From positions 1 to 64,000 of IMG/VR virus record IMGVR_UViG_3300009987_000001: a stretch of 64,000 nt of DNA; one strand, 5' to 3'. The notes under the pieces are model-generated. The model was given only the letters and a program-made list of their open reading frames with translations, was not told where the DNA came from and did no database searches. The translations under genes were made by a program, and so were the position numbers. Position 1 is the stretch's first letter. Every line of letters starts with the position of its first letter. The stretch is from a virus. Shown here piece after piece: positions 1 to 10,069 of the stretch.

Positions 1-1791
1 CGGCGATCCGACATTGAAGAACGCCAGGCGCACATACGCCTCGATCTCTTCACCATCGAAGCTCGTACCGATCTGGTCCTCGAACACAAAGCCGAGCCCG
101 TCTTCGTCATCCGTCAAGAAGTACGTCCGCTCCCTACCGGTCTCATCCTCGCTGTTGTAGATGCGGTCGACCGTGATCGGATAACTCAGAAACCCGAACT
201 CGCGTTCGTTGTTTCGCCCTTCCAGGTTCGCCGTGCCTGCCTGTGGCACGTACATCACAAGTGCGCTCTGATCATTGAAGTAGACACGATACTGGTTCAT
301 ACGCCGGCTGATCACAGATGCCGTCGTGCGTTGGCTCTGAGCAATCGCCAGGTCCTGTACAGGCTGCGACACGGTTGCGCCTGCGAAGTCACCGAACGAC
401 TGCACACGCGCCAGGCTCGTCACGCCCAGGTCGTCTAGACCGTACACCGTGTCGATCTGCTGAACCGTGTCGAGCTTGCCGCCTGTCTTTTCCGAGATCA
501 GTCGCAGCTCCCAGTCATCAGGGTTCGTGCCATACAGACCTTTCGTGAACAGATCAGTCGTGACCACAAGGACGTTGCCGGTCACACTCGTCAATCCAGT
601 CATCTCTCGTCCGATACCGAACTCGGCAGCGCCCAAGAATCCATTCAACACCAACGGCTCGCCGGCAACCGAGTGAACCATCCGGCCTCCCGTGAACCCA
701 AGGAACAAGTATCCGCGGTGCTCGGCGATCAGAAACGGCAGATTCGTTTCCGGCTGATCCTCCATCTCAACAAGCGGTAGGAGGATCGGAGAGACGATAT
801 GGTCTTCGTCGATCTCGAACGCAGGTCCAACACCGTTCACGCCATACGTACGGTACGTGCTCGCACCGCCGAAGAAGTTGTGATTGATGAAGCGATACCG
901 ACCGCCTGCAGGAAATGCGAACTGCGCATTCACGCTGGCAGAGTCGGCAAACTTCGTTGTCACCACTCGCAGATTCTCGTTGTTGATGAAGTTCCCGCTG
1001 ACGCTGCGCAGTACGAGATACCCTGCCGAGTCGTTGGTACCTGTCGCACCGGAATGCTCGATCACGCGGTGAACGATCGCAGTCGCGCCGCTCGTCTGCC
1101 CGTTGATCGTGGTGCCCTCGGCCGGCAGATCTTGCATCGTGCCGCCTCCGCCACCATCGAAGAAGATGTATTGAGTCATCGTGATGCCGGTAGTCACCCA
1201 GCCGCTCGAGCTCGCGCGGTACAGGATGGCCTGGTACGCACTGTCATCGTCATCGCGAATCGCGTACACGTCGTCCTCACGCCGCCACGCGCCGCGCACG
1301 GGCCCGGTACCCGGCACTACGCCGATGTCGGCTCGGTACTCATCCTGCGCAGCCAGCAAGAATTCGTCTTCGGTGTCGTTGTCTGGCGCACCCGAAAGTA
1401 CGGGCGCATCCAAAAAAGTGGCTGTGCCACCGTTGATCGCCTCATCGACGAACGTACCGGTGACCTTAGTAAACGCGATCCAGTTACCGCTTTTGGCAAC
1501 GACAGTGCCTGTCGCGCCAGAGACTACGCCGGTGATCGTGTCACCTTCATCAATGCTGCTGGCGTCGGCGAGCTCGCCGCCATAGAAAGTCGCATCGCTC
1601 GGGCGCGGGCGGCCGTCGAAGCGCTCGAAGCCTTCGCAGCGCTGATAACCACCACCAAAGAACGGGTAGAAGTTCACCATCGCCAACGCACGGCCGGGCG
1701 GCAGAAACAACGGCGGCGAGGTGAGATCGAGTCCGCCTGCTAGCGGGTAGAAGCGGACTCGAGTTTGAGCCGTGGGGATACGGCTCGGCAT
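1..1791 (-). CDS. Large virion structural protein, N-terminal 597 codons (3' end outside window); possibly T7 gp12-like tail tubular B / nozzle
   Basis: Hand translation of the minus strand from ATG 1791-1789 (MPSRIPTAQTRVRFYPLAGGLDLTSPPLFLPPG...) stays open to base 1. It is absent from the ORF track because it has no stop in the window. The + ORF 799..1743 is its antisense shadow. Function is guessed from gene order only. Confidence 0.6.
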   Translation of the reverse strand, partial: MPSRIPTAQTRVRFYPLAGGLDLTSPPLFLPPGRALAMVNFYPFFGGGYQRCEGFERFDGRPRPSDATFYGGELADASSIDEGDTITGVVSGATGTVVAKSGNWIAFTKVTGTFVDEAINGGTATFLDAPVLSGAPDNDTEDEFLLAAQDEYRADIGVVPGTGPVRGAWRREDDVYAIRDDDDSAYQAILYRASSSGWVTTGITMTQYIFFDGGGGGTMQDLPAEGTTINGQTSGATAIVHRVIEHSGATGTNDSAGYLVLRSVSGNFINNENLRVVTTKFADSASVNAQFAFPAGGRYRFINHNFFGGASTYRTYGVNGVGPAFEIDEDHIVSPILLPLVEMEDQPETNLPFLIAEHRGYLFLGFTGGRMVHSVAGEPLVLNGFLGAAEFGIGREMTGLTSVTGNVLVVTTDLFTKGLYGTNPDDWELRLISEKTGGKLDTVQQIDTVYGLDDLGVTSLARVQSFGDFAGATVSQPVQDLAIAQSQRTTASVISRRMNQYRVYFNDQSALVMYVPQAGTANLEGRNNEREFGFLSYPITVDRIYNSEDETGRERTYFLTDDEDGLGFVFEDQIGTSFDGEEIEAYVRLAFFNVGSP

Positions 1792-1794
1792 CAG

Positions 1795-2484
1795 TTAATC
1801 GACCATGATTTGAATGTCAGCACCAGTGCGGTACCGAGCGTGGTCGCGATTCGGAAGCTGTTTGTTTTCGAGGCGTGCCAGATACGTGTCATAGATCTCG
1901 TCTCCCTGAATTTTCACTTCCGGCGCCGATTCGTAGTTTGCATAGAGCTGGAGCGCCCGTCCTAGAATCACTCGCCGGAAGCGGGAGGGAATCGAGGATT
2001 CGTCGGAATTCACTGCAAGCTCGTCTTCGTCGGGCCCCCTGTAATAGACAGCCCGGAACTCATCTTCTGCGTCTGGCGTGCCCTCGAAGCGCAGACTGTC
2101 ATCTGGCATCACGGTCACGCGAAACGGTGTGCCTTCGCTTTCATCGAGCAGTTCGTCTTTCACATCCTCGAACTGCTGAACGTCGATGTGTTGTTCTTGT
2201 GTGTCGCCTTCCGGCACGATCCGAAAGGTAGTGACGTCCCACATCCCGTCACCAAAGTCATCTGGTGCTGCCAGCGTGTTGTCACCTGGAGTCAAAGTGC
2301 GCCCAGTGTCCGTGCTGTAGAGGAACTTCCAGTTCAGCCATAGGTTCTGCACGTCGAGGTTGGCGTCTTTGATCCAGTTGACCAGTCTGAGATTCTGGCC
2401 CGTCTGATTCACCACACTCGTCGGCGCCGTCCCTGACGCGCCGGACTCACGATGAAGCGCTTGGACCAGTTGAAGGAAAGTCAC
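1795..2484 (-). CDS. Structural protein, possibly tail tubular A / adaptor-like (T7 gp11 position)
   Basis: 229-aa ORF tightly packed between the small head-proximal ORFs and the large structural ORF, mirroring the gp11-gp12 order. No motif-level proof. Confidence 0.4.
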   Translation of the reverse strand: MTFLQLVQALHRESGASGTAPTSVVNQTGQNLRLVNWIKDANLDVQNLWLNWKFLYSTDTGRTLTPGDNTLAAPDDFGDGMWDVTTFRIVPEGDTQEQHIDVQQFEDVKDELLDESEGTPFRVTVMPDDSLRFEGTPDAEDEFRAVYYRGPDEDELAVNSDESSIPSRFRRVILGRALQLYANYESAPEVKIQGDEIYDTYLARLENKQLPNRDHARYRTGADIQIMVD

Positions 2485-2927
2485 CCGGCGTGCTGCTCCG
2501 CTGCTTCAGCTCGTCGATTTTCCTGCCGTGCCTTCAGTACGGCTTCGGGCGTGGCCGCTTTGGCTTTCGCATTTTTCACCTGCTCCTTCAGCTCCGTGAC
2601 GGAGAGCACCTTGCGAGAAGAGCTGCCGTTAGCACGCGGGCCGCGGTCACGAACGACCACTTGCCTTTCCTCCTTCGGCTCCTCCTTCGCTTTGCGCTTC
2701 GTCGGGATCTCGACACCGAACGCAGCTTCAGCAACGAACTTCTTGCTCTTGTCGAACAGGTTCGCACCTTGCTGGTAGCGCACGTTCGGCCGCGCCAGAT
2801 CGCGCACCTGAATGTACTTCAGGCGCTCATCGAGCACCGGGATCGCCGGCACTTCCACCTTGGGCTCGTCTTTCTTCAGCTGCTGTTGCAGCGGCCGATT
2901 CAAAGATAGAGTGTTGTTCACTGCCAT
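2481..2927 (-). CDS. Hypothetical virion-module protein (Lys/Glu-rich)
   Basis: 148-aa ORF, co-directional, with a 4-nt overlap with the downstream gene. The competing + ORFs 2452..2778 and 2490..2909 have shadow-like composition. Confidence 0.6.
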   Translation of the reverse strand: MAVNNTLSLNRPLQQQLKKDEPKVEVPAIPVLDERLKYIQVRDLARPNVRYQQGANLFDKSKKFVAEAAFGVEIPTKRKAKEEPKEERQVVVRDRGPRANGSSSRKVLSVTELKEQVKNAKAKAATPEAVLKARQENRRAEAAEQHAG

Positions 2928-2928
2928 T

Positions 2929-3120
2929 TCACTTGCCTCGCTGACTGCGCGGCGATTGCACCTGTCCCATTACCGCCTCGCGATTTTCATACGTCGTGTC
3001 GACATAGAGACAGCCCGAGATTCCTTCCTCCAAGCTCTTCCCCTGCCGGAATTGCTGTTCCGTCGTCGGAGGATCAGAGTCGCTCTGTTGGAACGATTCG
3101 TAAATTCCCATTACCTTCAT
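2929..3120 (-). CDS. Hypothetical small protein
   Basis: 63-aa ORF abutting 2481..2927 (1-nt gap) in the structural operon. Confidence 0.45.
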   Translation of the reverse strand: MKVMGIYESFQQSDSDPPTTEQQFRQGKSLEEGISGCLYVDTTYENREAVMGQVQSPRSQRGK

Positions 3121-3172
3121 TCACCCTCCTTGCGGAAAGAGCTCGGCAGCGTTGCGCTGCCGAGCTGACTCG

Positions 3173-3442
3173 TTACTCCTCGACTTGGAAGGTCTTGCCG
3201 TGATGGCTGGCACTGTGCCAGGAGCGTTTCTTGATCCGCTCCGTCGGGTTGCCAGTCAACGGGTCCTTCATCGTGCAGACTTCCGGCTCGTTCTGCTGCG
3301 TGTCCATGTTGGCCTGGTACGAGCTCAGGCCGTACTCGACGCCTGCGCCCTCCTTGCCCATTTTGCCACCACCGGTGCTGATCGTGGACTGCTTACCGGC
3401 CCACGGTTGGTCAGCACCCTTACCTGCTTTCCAGCTACTCAC
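3173..3442 (-). CDS. Hypothetical small protein (Gly/Lys-rich)
   Basis: 89-aa ORF, co-directional in the structural operon. Confidence 0.45.
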   Translation of the reverse strand: MSSWKAGKGADQPWAGKQSTISTGGGKMGKEGAGVEYGLSSYQANMDTQQNEPEVCTMKDPLTGNPTERIKKRSWHSASHHGKTFQVEE

Positions 3443-3458
3443 TTCGCCCTCCTTCCGA

Positions 3459-3917
3459 TCAGTACCAGTCGATCACGACCGTTACGTGTGCCTGGCCCGT
3501 CTCCGACCCGTTGGACACTTTGATCGTCACGGTCACAGTCGACCGGCCGCCCTCGATGTCCTCCGCGTCCTCGCCGGCTCCGCCGTCGCTGTCATCGTTC
3601 TGCAGGATCAAACACTGCAGGTCGGCGACGTCCACTTCCTCATCCAGCACGAAGCCGGAATCGAAGTATTTGTTCGGGTCGGTGCCATCACCAACCTGCA
3701 CGCCGGCATCGTTGGTCGAACCAACGAAGTTCTCCGTGACTTGGTGCACCATCACATACGCGACTTTGCCGCGCTTGCCGGTGCCGCCGAACTTGTCCTT
3801 CGGTACCGAAATCAGATGCGTGAAGTCGTTCGCCGCACCGAAGTCAATCAGCCCGAGCTCGTGATGCAGACGTTCCGGCTTGTCGTAAAACGAACTCGGA
3901 CTACGCTTGTGTGCCAT
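3459..3917 (-). CDS. Hypothetical head-associated protein (decoration or accessory candidate)
   Basis: 152-aa ORF starting 18 nt after the capsid stop. It has an acidic Asp/Gly-rich C-terminal half. Confidence 0.55.
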   Translation of the reverse strand: MAHKRSPSSFYDKPERLHHELGLIDFGAANDFTHLISVPKDKFGGTGKRGKVAYVMVHQVTENFVGSTNDAGVQVGDGTDPNKYFDSGFVLDEEVDVADLQCLILQNDDSDGGAGEDAEDIEGGRSTVTVTIKVSNGSETGQAHVTVVIDWY

Positions 3918-3935
3918 AGTTTCAGTCCTCCTTGA

Positions 3936-4865
3936 TTAGGTGGCTTCCAGGCCGTCCCACACCAAAATGCGCGCCTGCGAAGCAGTGTCGTGCACGATGG
4001 AGTAGCCGAGCTGGGCATACCACGCGATACCGCGGGACCGACCGTAGTCGCCAGGCAATTTGCCGCGAATCTCTTCGGGAATTGCAAACGCCTCGATCAC
4101 CGTGTCAGCACCGAAGAAGAATCCGCGGTCGCTGAAGTTGAAGTCTGCGGCAGCGATGTTGGTCTGCTCCACGAAGCGGATGCCTTCGTAGCGCCCTTTC
4201 TCGCCGTTCATGATCACGTGCCAACCTTCCGCCGTGTACTGGTGGATCTCTTCCAGGTCGTCCTTGAAGGATCGCAGCGCGCTCGGCCGGAAGATCGACA
4301 TGTAGTTCGTGGAGTCGTACGTCGGAATGTTTCGTTCCGCCATCTCGTCCGCGATCGCCTTCACGTGATCGTTGCTGAGCTCCGCCTGGTGCGCGATATC
4401 CGGCGTGCCATCCACCGAGATGACAATGCCCGTAGCGGACGTCGCACTCACACGAATCGGACTCAGATTGAACTGGTTGTAGACCTGCCGATCGAGCGTT
4501 CGCCGCGCGTCGTTCTTCAGGACCTTGTTGATGATCTCGGTCACCGGATGCTCTGACCAGTCGTCGAGCCGCTTGGTGAACGGAACGCTGTTGCCGAACT
4601 CCGTGATCGTCAGACTGTTCTGCTCGATCGTGAAGTTGGTCTCCGGCATCACCTCGGTTTCGTCGAGCTCGCCGCCCTCGTCCGCTGTGTCGCCGTAGAT
4701 GTTCCAGTTGAACGTGTCACCGACGCCATGCCCCAACGCCTCGCGAATGTCAGCGAACTGACGGAAGCGAGTCATCGGCTGCAGCACTGCACGCAGCTTT
4801 CGAGACAGGTTGTCGGAATACATGAACCCGCCGATCGAGTCCACGCTCCAAATTTGTCCAGCCAT
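3936..4865 (-). CDS. Major capsid protein (HK97-fold type)
   Basis: 309-aa ORF directly downstream of the scaffold-like gene, with GGGAGG 8 nt upstream of the ATG. Length, composition and position are typical of a major capsid protein. Confidence 0.8.
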   Translation of the reverse strand: MAGQIWSVDSIGGFMYSDNLSRKLRAVLQPMTRFRQFADIREALGHGVGDTFNWNIYGDTADEGGELDETEVMPETNFTIEQNSLTITEFGNSVPFTKRLDDWSEHPVTEIINKVLKNDARRTLDRQVYNQFNLSPIRVSATSATGIVISVDGTPDIAHQAELSNDHVKAIADEMAERNIPTYDSTNYMSIFRPSALRSFKDDLEEIHQYTAEGWHVIMNGEKGRYEGIRFVEQTNIAAADFNFSDRGFFFGADTVIEAFAIPEEIRGKLPGDYGRSRGIAWYAQLGYSIVHDTASQARILVWDGLEAT

Positions 4866-4900
4866 GAGTTACCTCCCTGTTTGGACTTTGTTGTTATTGT

Positions 4901-6034
4901 TCAGGCTTGACCGCGCGCCTTTCGCATTTCCGCGATCACTTCTGATCTCGTCTGCGGCTTGGGCCCTTGTGGTGCCTCGTTTTTGGCGCTGCGCTGGCCT
5001 GGCAACTGACGCAAGTTCTGCTTGCGACTGTCGCGATTTTCCAGTGGTTTCTTGCCGCCTGCCGCGGGTTTCGCGATCGACTTCAGCCACTGTTGTGTCT
5101 GCTTCGCTGCCTCCTCTATGACCCTTTCAGGCGCCCAATCAGGATGCTCATTCGAGATCCGGTTGGTGCGTTGGTCAGCGGCGGCCCGCAAATTCTCGTC
5201 ATTGAAGATCTCGGGATAGTCCTTCTCGAACTTCTCGAACCCTCGCACGAGCGAGGCGTCGTACGCCTCTTGGGCCAACTGGGCACGCGTCTTGCGCACG
5301 ATCGCGTCCTCGTCGACGGGTGGAGCTGCGCTCGACCGCTTCTTGAGGAGCTTTTTCGTTGCAGCGGCGATCTCTTCTTTCGTGCCTTCCAGCACGAGTT
5401 TGGAGAATTCTTCCGCTTCCGCGTCCAGTTCTTTGTCGTCAGCGCCGGCAGACGCCGGTGGCTGTTCGCGCGCCTTGAGCTTTGCCTCGCGGGCATCGAG
5501 CTCCTGTTGGCGCGCGGTGAGGTGTTTGTTTACGTCAGCTGCCTGACGCAAACGTGCATCGGCCGCCTTGAGCTTCTGCGCGTCGCGCGTCAGCTCCTCG
5601 CGGTCGATCAACTGTTCCTGGCCGTCGACTTTGAGCTTGAACTTGACCTTGCCGCCCTCGACGACCACGTGGTCGGCGAGCAGCTTGTTCAGGTCAGGTT
5701 GGTCGCTCTCTTCGTTGTCGCCCGCGACAGCTTCCTTGCTGTCGGGTTCTTGCTCGACATCCGTGTCTGTGCCTTCGTCCTGAGCAAGCTCCGTTTGCTT
5801 ATCATCGTGGGACTCGGGCGCGACGTCCTGTTGTTCCTCTTCGGTCGTGGACTCATCCTGGATTTGTTCTTTTTGGATGAGTCCAGACGCAACTGCTTCG
5901 TCTGTGCTTGCCTTATACGCTGCTTGACGCTTGGCCGCAAGTGCCTCGATGAGGGCAATACGCGGATTGGGATTCGATTTCGGAGGCGTCGCAGTTTTTG
6001 CGGCGCCCTTTTTCTGGGTAGCCTTCAGGGGCAA
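4901..6034 (-). CDS. Scaffolding protein
   Basis: 377 aa, highly charged and Ala/Glu/Lys/Gln-rich with coiled-coil character, immediately upstream of the capsid gene. TTG start follows AAGGAGAA. Confidence 0.65.
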   Translation of the reverse strand: MPLKATQKKGAAKTATPPKSNPNPRIALIEALAAKRQAAYKASTDEAVASGLIQKEQIQDESTTEEEQQDVAPESHDDKQTELAQDEGTDTDVEQEPDSKEAVAGDNEESDQPDLNKLLADHVVVEGGKVKFKLKVDGQEQLIDREELTRDAQKLKAADARLRQAADVNKHLTARQQELDAREAKLKAREQPPASAGADDKELDAEAEEFSKLVLEGTKEEIAAATKKLLKKRSSAAPPVDEDAIVRKTRAQLAQEAYDASLVRGFEKFEKDYPEIFNDENLRAAADQRTNRISNEHPDWAPERVIEEAAKQTQQWLKSIAKPAAGGKKPLENRDSRKQNLRQLPGQRSAKNEAPQGPKPQTRSEVIAEMRKARGQA

Positions 6035-6340
6035 TTATTCTCCTTGCTCTTCTCTGTTCAGTTCTTTCTCTGCGGCGAATCCGTCCTGAATCGCCTCAGC
6101 ACAGTAGCGAATGAATGTGTTCGCTACATTCGCTTTGTGCTGTGCTTTGGTCGCGTTTTCCCGACCCTCCCTGCTTGTGAGATCACAAGCAAGGAGCTCT
6201 TCCTTCGCGTCTTCATAGTCGATTTTGGCGCGCTGGTGCAGGTAGCGACCAACGGTGGACCGCAAGAAATCCTCGACTTCGATGCCAAGGCGGGCCCTGA
6301 TGACGTAATCGTTTAGTTCTTGTTCGTAATCTACTTCCAA
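6035..6340 (-). CDS. Hypothetical protein upstream of scaffold
   Basis: Track ORF is 6035..6385. I prefer TTG 6340 (GGAG 5 nt upstream), which overlaps the stop of 6331..7401 by 10 nt. Confidence 0.5.
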   Translation of the reverse strand: MEVDYEQELNDYVIRARLGIEVEDFLRSTVGRYLHQRAKIDYEDAKEELLACDLTSREGRENATKAQHKANVANTFIRYCAEAIQDGFAAEKELNREEQGE

Positions 6341-7401
6341 TTGTACTCCACCCAAGGATACATTTTTTGCACGTTCGCATCCCAAGGATGCTGTTGGCCG
6401 GGGAAATATACCAGACGTGCGTTTGGCGGCAAGGGAGCCTCCAAACGCTCCTGCTGGCGCTTCTCCCAGCGCTCGCTGCGTCTCTGCTTTCGTGCAACGT
6501 CACGCGAGTACCGATTCGCGGTGCGCGGTGCGCGGTGTTCTGCCTTCGCCTGCTTCGCCATAAAGCGCTCGAGCGAATGGTTGCGGAGCGCACGGAACGC
6601 GTAAACGCCGTCCCGCTGCTCCCAGAAATAGTCGTCAGGTCCGAGTCGGCTGCCAATCCATGCCTGGTCCGAACCGAGGTGGTTGGTCTGCGCACGGAAC
6701 TCGTCGACCGTACCAACCACCGAGCCGTTCTGGAAATCATCCCAGATCTCCGGACGCGTGCCGGCGCGGTGGGTCACCAACGACCCGTTGCACTTCGATT
6801 GCCCGCCGTCTGGCCGCCAGATCCGGAAGTCGTTTTCGTCGGTCAGGATGTGATCGATGTTCCCGAGGATCACACAGTCCAGGTCAGACCACATCCAACG
6901 CGGGCCGAACACCTCCGATAACTCATCCGAAAACATCCTTAGTCGTCGAAAACAATTCGGCGTGTTCCCGTTCGCCGTGCCATAAGCAGGCACGGGACAC
7001 GGCCAGAGTTCGACGGGTTGGATTGACGAATCGAGTCCATCTGCGTCGTCAGTGATGCAATAAAGTTGATATGCCACGGTTGTATGTCGGGATAGCATGC
7101 TCGCAAAAACGTTGACATGTTCCGCAGTGAATTGACTTCGGTAGCCTTCTGTTTTCCACTTGAAGACGATGACATTGATTGACTCCTTCGGCACGATGTG
7201 CCCCTGCCCGTAGTCGACGATGCCGCCTCCGCGGGTGTACTGGATACTTCCGCTCTCAGCAGATTCCGCCGTCTCGAACTTCACGAATTCGGTTTCGTTT
7301 GCTGGTACGGTTGCCGTGCCGTCACAATAGTGACATGTTGGGTCGTGCAATTCGCCGTGTTTATAACAGTAAAAGTGCACGTTCAATAAACCTGATGCCA
7401 C
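6331..7401 (-). CDS. DxD-type (GT-A-like) glycosyltransferase with Cys/His-rich N-terminus
   Basis: VIVFKWKTEGYRSQFTAEHVNVF...YCITDD...WSDLDCVILGNID matches the nucleotide-diphospho-sugar transferase pattern with a DxD motif. The alternative start TTG 7386 overlaps the GT2 stop as TTGA. Confidence 0.6.
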   Translation of the reverse strand: MASGLLNVHFYCYKHGELHDPTCHYCDGTATVPANETEFVKFETAESAESGSIQYTRGGGIVDYGQGHIVPKESINVIVFKWKTEGYRSQFTAEHVNVFASMLSRHTTVAYQLYCITDDADGLDSSIQPVELWPCPVPAYGTANGNTPNCFRRLRMFSDELSEVFGPRWMWSDLDCVILGNIDHILTDENDFRIWRPDGGQSKCNGSLVTHRAGTRPEIWDDFQNGSVVGTVDEFRAQTNHLGSDQAWIGSRLGPDDYFWEQRDGVYAFRALRNHSLERFMAKQAKAEHRAPRTANRYSRDVARKQRRSERWEKRQQERLEAPLPPNARLVYFPGQQHPWDANVQKMYPWVEYNWK

Positions 7402-8084
7402 GGGAAGCGCAAAGGGTTCCTCGGCACCATGTTGTTTCTCTGTTTCTTCTGGTCGCGCCGTTTTATGTACTCCTCTTTCAGCGGTCCTTTACGGTCGATT
7501 CCACGAGTCGAACAGTCTTCAACAGTTCCGTTGAAGCCCATTGTGATAACGTCGTCCCAGTGTTGTCTGGATACTGTTTGCTCCAGTGCACGTAGGAAAA
7601 TGCCATCTCCGCCATAGCACCCACAGAAGTCCTCATCGTACCCTCCAGCACGCCAGAAAGATCGTCGCTGCACAAGGATCGTGTTGCAGTGTTGTTTCGG
7701 TGGTCGGCCATCTTCGAACATTCGCTCCATGGTGTAGTGGTGCTTCGGGTTGAAGTCCTTCAGCAAAATCGCCTGTACTGCTGCCTCGGGTACCATCACA
7801 TCCATGTCCGTCAGCAGCGCCCACTCTTCGTCACGAAGCTGTTTCATCCCGAGGTTACGCGCGCCGTGGGCATTGAACACGATGTCTTGGTCGATTCGAT
7901 ACAGCGACTTCTTGATCGTGCATGCGGCAAAGATATCCTCGGCCGGCTCAGGCGAGCAGTCGTCGATCAACACGATCTTGAGCGCTGCCTTCGTCTTTTC
8001 CGAGAACGAGTTCCAGTTCTTGACCTGCAGCTCGAGCATCGTCGGGTTGCGGTAGTACGGCATCACGAGCGTGAACTTACTCAC
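7383..8084 (-). CDS. Family 2 glycosyltransferase (GT-A fold)
   Basis: FTLVMPYYRNP...VLIDDCSPE...LLTDMDV (DxD) is the classic GT2 N-terminal signature. GTGA overlap with the upstream gene. Confidence 0.8.
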   Translation of the reverse strand: MSKFTLVMPYYRNPTMLELQVKNWNSFSEKTKAALKIVLIDDCSPEPAEDIFAACTIKKSLYRIDQDIVFNAHGARNLGMKQLRDEEWALLTDMDVMVPEAAVQAILLKDFNPKHHYTMERMFEDGRPPKQHCNTILVQRRSFWRAGGYDEDFCGCYGGDGIFLRALEQTVSRQHWDDVITMGFNGTVEDCSTRGIDRKGPLKEEYIKRRDQKKQRNNMVPRNPLRFPWHQVY

Positions 8085-8755
8085 GGATTCACCTTGTTCC
8101 TAGAGCGATCGTGCCGCGGCGGATCGCGCCACTCGCCTTTGACGAAGTTCTCAATCGAAATTCGCGGTACGCGCTCAGGTGCAATGATGCTCGTTCCTTT
8201 CGTCGCGACGACATACAAGTCACACTGCGCCATCTCGAATTGATGCGCGGCGTACTCGAACTCAGTCGACCATTCGGCCATCTTGGAAACTTTGGCGCCA
8301 CCGCCCCAAGAGTATGGCGGGTACCAATGTTTCTCGCCATTCGGACCGAGTTTGAAGTCGAAGCCGAGCATGAACACCCGCTTGGGCGCGAGCTGGTACG
8401 CCAGGTTCAGTGCGACCCTGCCGCTGTTGTTGCCCCACAGATGGCCAGGCTCGAGCGTCATCTGGCCGCGCCAGATGTCACCGAAGTACGGCACGAACTG
8501 CGGATACTCCGGCTGAACATTCTTCGCGGTGCACCGACGATAGTACGTAGTGATGCCAAGCTCGCGCATTTTGTCGATGCGGTGCTCGAGCCACAAACGA
8601 TCCATCGTCAGTGCGTAGTCGACCGGCATGTGAATTGCTGAGTCGTTGACTCCGATCACACATGCCTCGTTGATCAGATTGTTCCGAACCTTCTCCGGGA
8701 TCTTGCTGACGCTCCAACCGCCAGCGACGACCATTACGTTTACTGCGTTCTTCAA
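8081..8755 (-). CDS. DUF115/Maf-like Rossmann protein, putative glycosyltransferase
   Basis: VMVVAGGWS...VIGVNDS...DYALTMD...GNNSGRVALNLAYQLAPKRVFMLGFDF resembles the DUF115 (motility-accessory-factor) pattern as I recall it. Confidence 0.45.
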   Translation of the reverse strand: MKNAVNVMVVAGGWSVSKIPEKVRNNLINEACVIGVNDSAIHMPVDYALTMDRLWLEHRIDKMRELGITTYYRRCTAKNVQPEYPQFVPYFGDIWRGQMTLEPGHLWGNNSGRVALNLAYQLAPKRVFMLGFDFKLGPNGEKHWYPPYSWGGGAKVSKMAEWSTEFEYAAHQFEMAQCDLYVVATKGTSIIAPERVPRISIENFVKGEWRDPPRHDRSRNKVNP

Positions 8756-8756
8756 G

Positions 8757-9386
8757 TTACCTCGTCAGAATCCAATCATTGAAAGAGCGGTCGCGCAAAC
8801 GGTAGCCGTTCTTCGCGGCCCACTCGCCGACGCGCCTATCCTCACCCTTGAGAACTTCGAGACTCAGAACAGGCGAGAACTTCTTCAGTGTCTCGGTTGC
8901 GCCCGCAAGAACTTGCAACTCGTAGCGTTCGACGTCAAGAAAGATCGCGTCGCAATACTGGAGATTCAAACTGTCGATCGTTCTCATTGGCACTGTGACC
9001 TTGCCACACTGTCGACGCAGTGCCTTCGGGTCATTCGAAGGGAGCGCCGACGTGCATCCTGCGCGTTCGACCATCAACTCCAAAGTGCCTTCGGTAGGCC
9101 CGAGTGCGCACCAGTTGACATCCACGTGGCGGTACGGCTCGCTGTTCTTGTATGCGCAGTCGTACAGATACTTGACCGGCTCGAAGACATCGACCGTCGC
9201 GAAGAGTTTCGCCAAGTACAAGGCCCACATCCCGACCCAACCGCCCGCTTGAAGGCAGTAGTCGTGACCTTTAACGTAGCGCATCGCCACATCGATCGCG
9301 CCTATGCGCGACTTGGCGTGTGCGTAGTCCTTCACGTTCTCTTCGTCCGGCCAGTAGCAGCCGAGCTCCTCGTTGAACTGCATCAT
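8757..9386 (-). CDS. FkbM-family-like methyltransferase
   Basis: 209 aa. AIFLDVERYELQVLAGA resembles the FkbM K-x-D-x-E-G-x-E...L-x-G block. It sits among glycosyltransferases. Confidence 0.5.
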   Translation of the reverse strand: MMQFNEELGCYWPDEENVKDYAHAKSRIGAIDVAMRYVKGHDYCLQAGGWVGMWALYLAKLFATVDVFEPVKYLYDCAYKNSEPYRHVDVNWCALGPTEGTLELMVERAGCTSALPSNDPKALRRQCGKVTVPMRTIDSLNLQYCDAIFLDVERYELQVLAGATETLKKFSPVLSLEVLKGEDRRVGEWAAKNGYRLRDRSFNDWILTR

Positions 9387-10063
9387 TTCAAGCTCTCCTG
9401 AATTTCGCGGCCGATGCGCCAGAGCTTCCGGTTGCCAAACGCACCCAAATCATAGGCACGGATGCCGCGCGCGGCCAGTGGCGGCACCATACACGTTGCC
9501 ATCATACCGGCACAAAGCACTACAACTTCGGGCGAGTACGCCAGAATTTGCGCCTCGATCTCGTCATACATACCGAAATCGTTACGGCCGGTCGTTTTGA
9601 TGTAAAGAAGCTCGCTGGCATCCTTCATGTCTTCTGCAGTCAATGACGATCCGCTACCGACGAGCACTGTGCGCTTCTGCCACCACAACCGCTCGATCTG
9701 TGCTCGGTACCACTGCTCCTCATGCGCGATCCACGGTGCCTGGTCAGCGCGTGTGATGAAGGATGAAAAATACTGAACGTCCGGCCGGAGGAAAGGAGTC
9801 ATCTTCTTCACGAACGGTTGCCACCATTCGAACCGCGGTGATCCTGGTAGCGGGTTCGGAATGCCGATTGCCACGTTCTTCTGTGGCTTCTCTAGGATGT
9901 GAAGCAAACATCGTCTGATGCGAGGATCGTAGTCCTCGTATTTGTTGCCGACGCTACGCATCATCTTCACTTCGCCGTCGCCGTAGCGCGCCAACGATTG
10001 GCCTGTTTGCAACAAATGCCAGATGGTTTCCTTCTCGGATTGGACTTTAGGATATTCGTTCAT
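9383..10063 (-). CDS. GT-D-fold (DUF1792-like) glycosyltransferase, paralog 2
   Basis: SLARYGDGE...FSSFITRAD...TVLVGSGSS...VVLCAGMMATCMV...YDLG. Paralogous to 10070..10747. ATGA overlap with the downstream gene. Confidence 0.65.
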   Translation of the reverse strand: MNEYPKVQSEKETIWHLLQTGQSLARYGDGEVKMMRSVGNKYEDYDPRIRRCLLHILEKPQKNVAIGIPNPLPGSPRFEWWQPFVKKMTPFLRPDVQYFSSFITRADQAPWIAHEEQWYRAQIERLWWQKRTVLVGSGSSLTAEDMKDASELLYIKTTGRNDFGMYDEIEAQILAYSPEVVVLCAGMMATCMVPPLAARGIRAYDLGAFGNRKLWRIGREIQESLK

Positions 10064-10069
10064 TCGATG

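Noticed and set aside
799-1743. Long + strand ORF (314 aa) and similar long antisense ORFs (4967..6316, 11892..13148, 14789..15997, 16056..17115, 51275..52123, 59515..60616, 62410..63396)
   Set aside because: Each lies opposite a better-supported gene. All are Arg/Leu/His/Cys/Ala-rich, as expected for antisense frames of GC-rich coding DNA, and none has an RBS or operon context.
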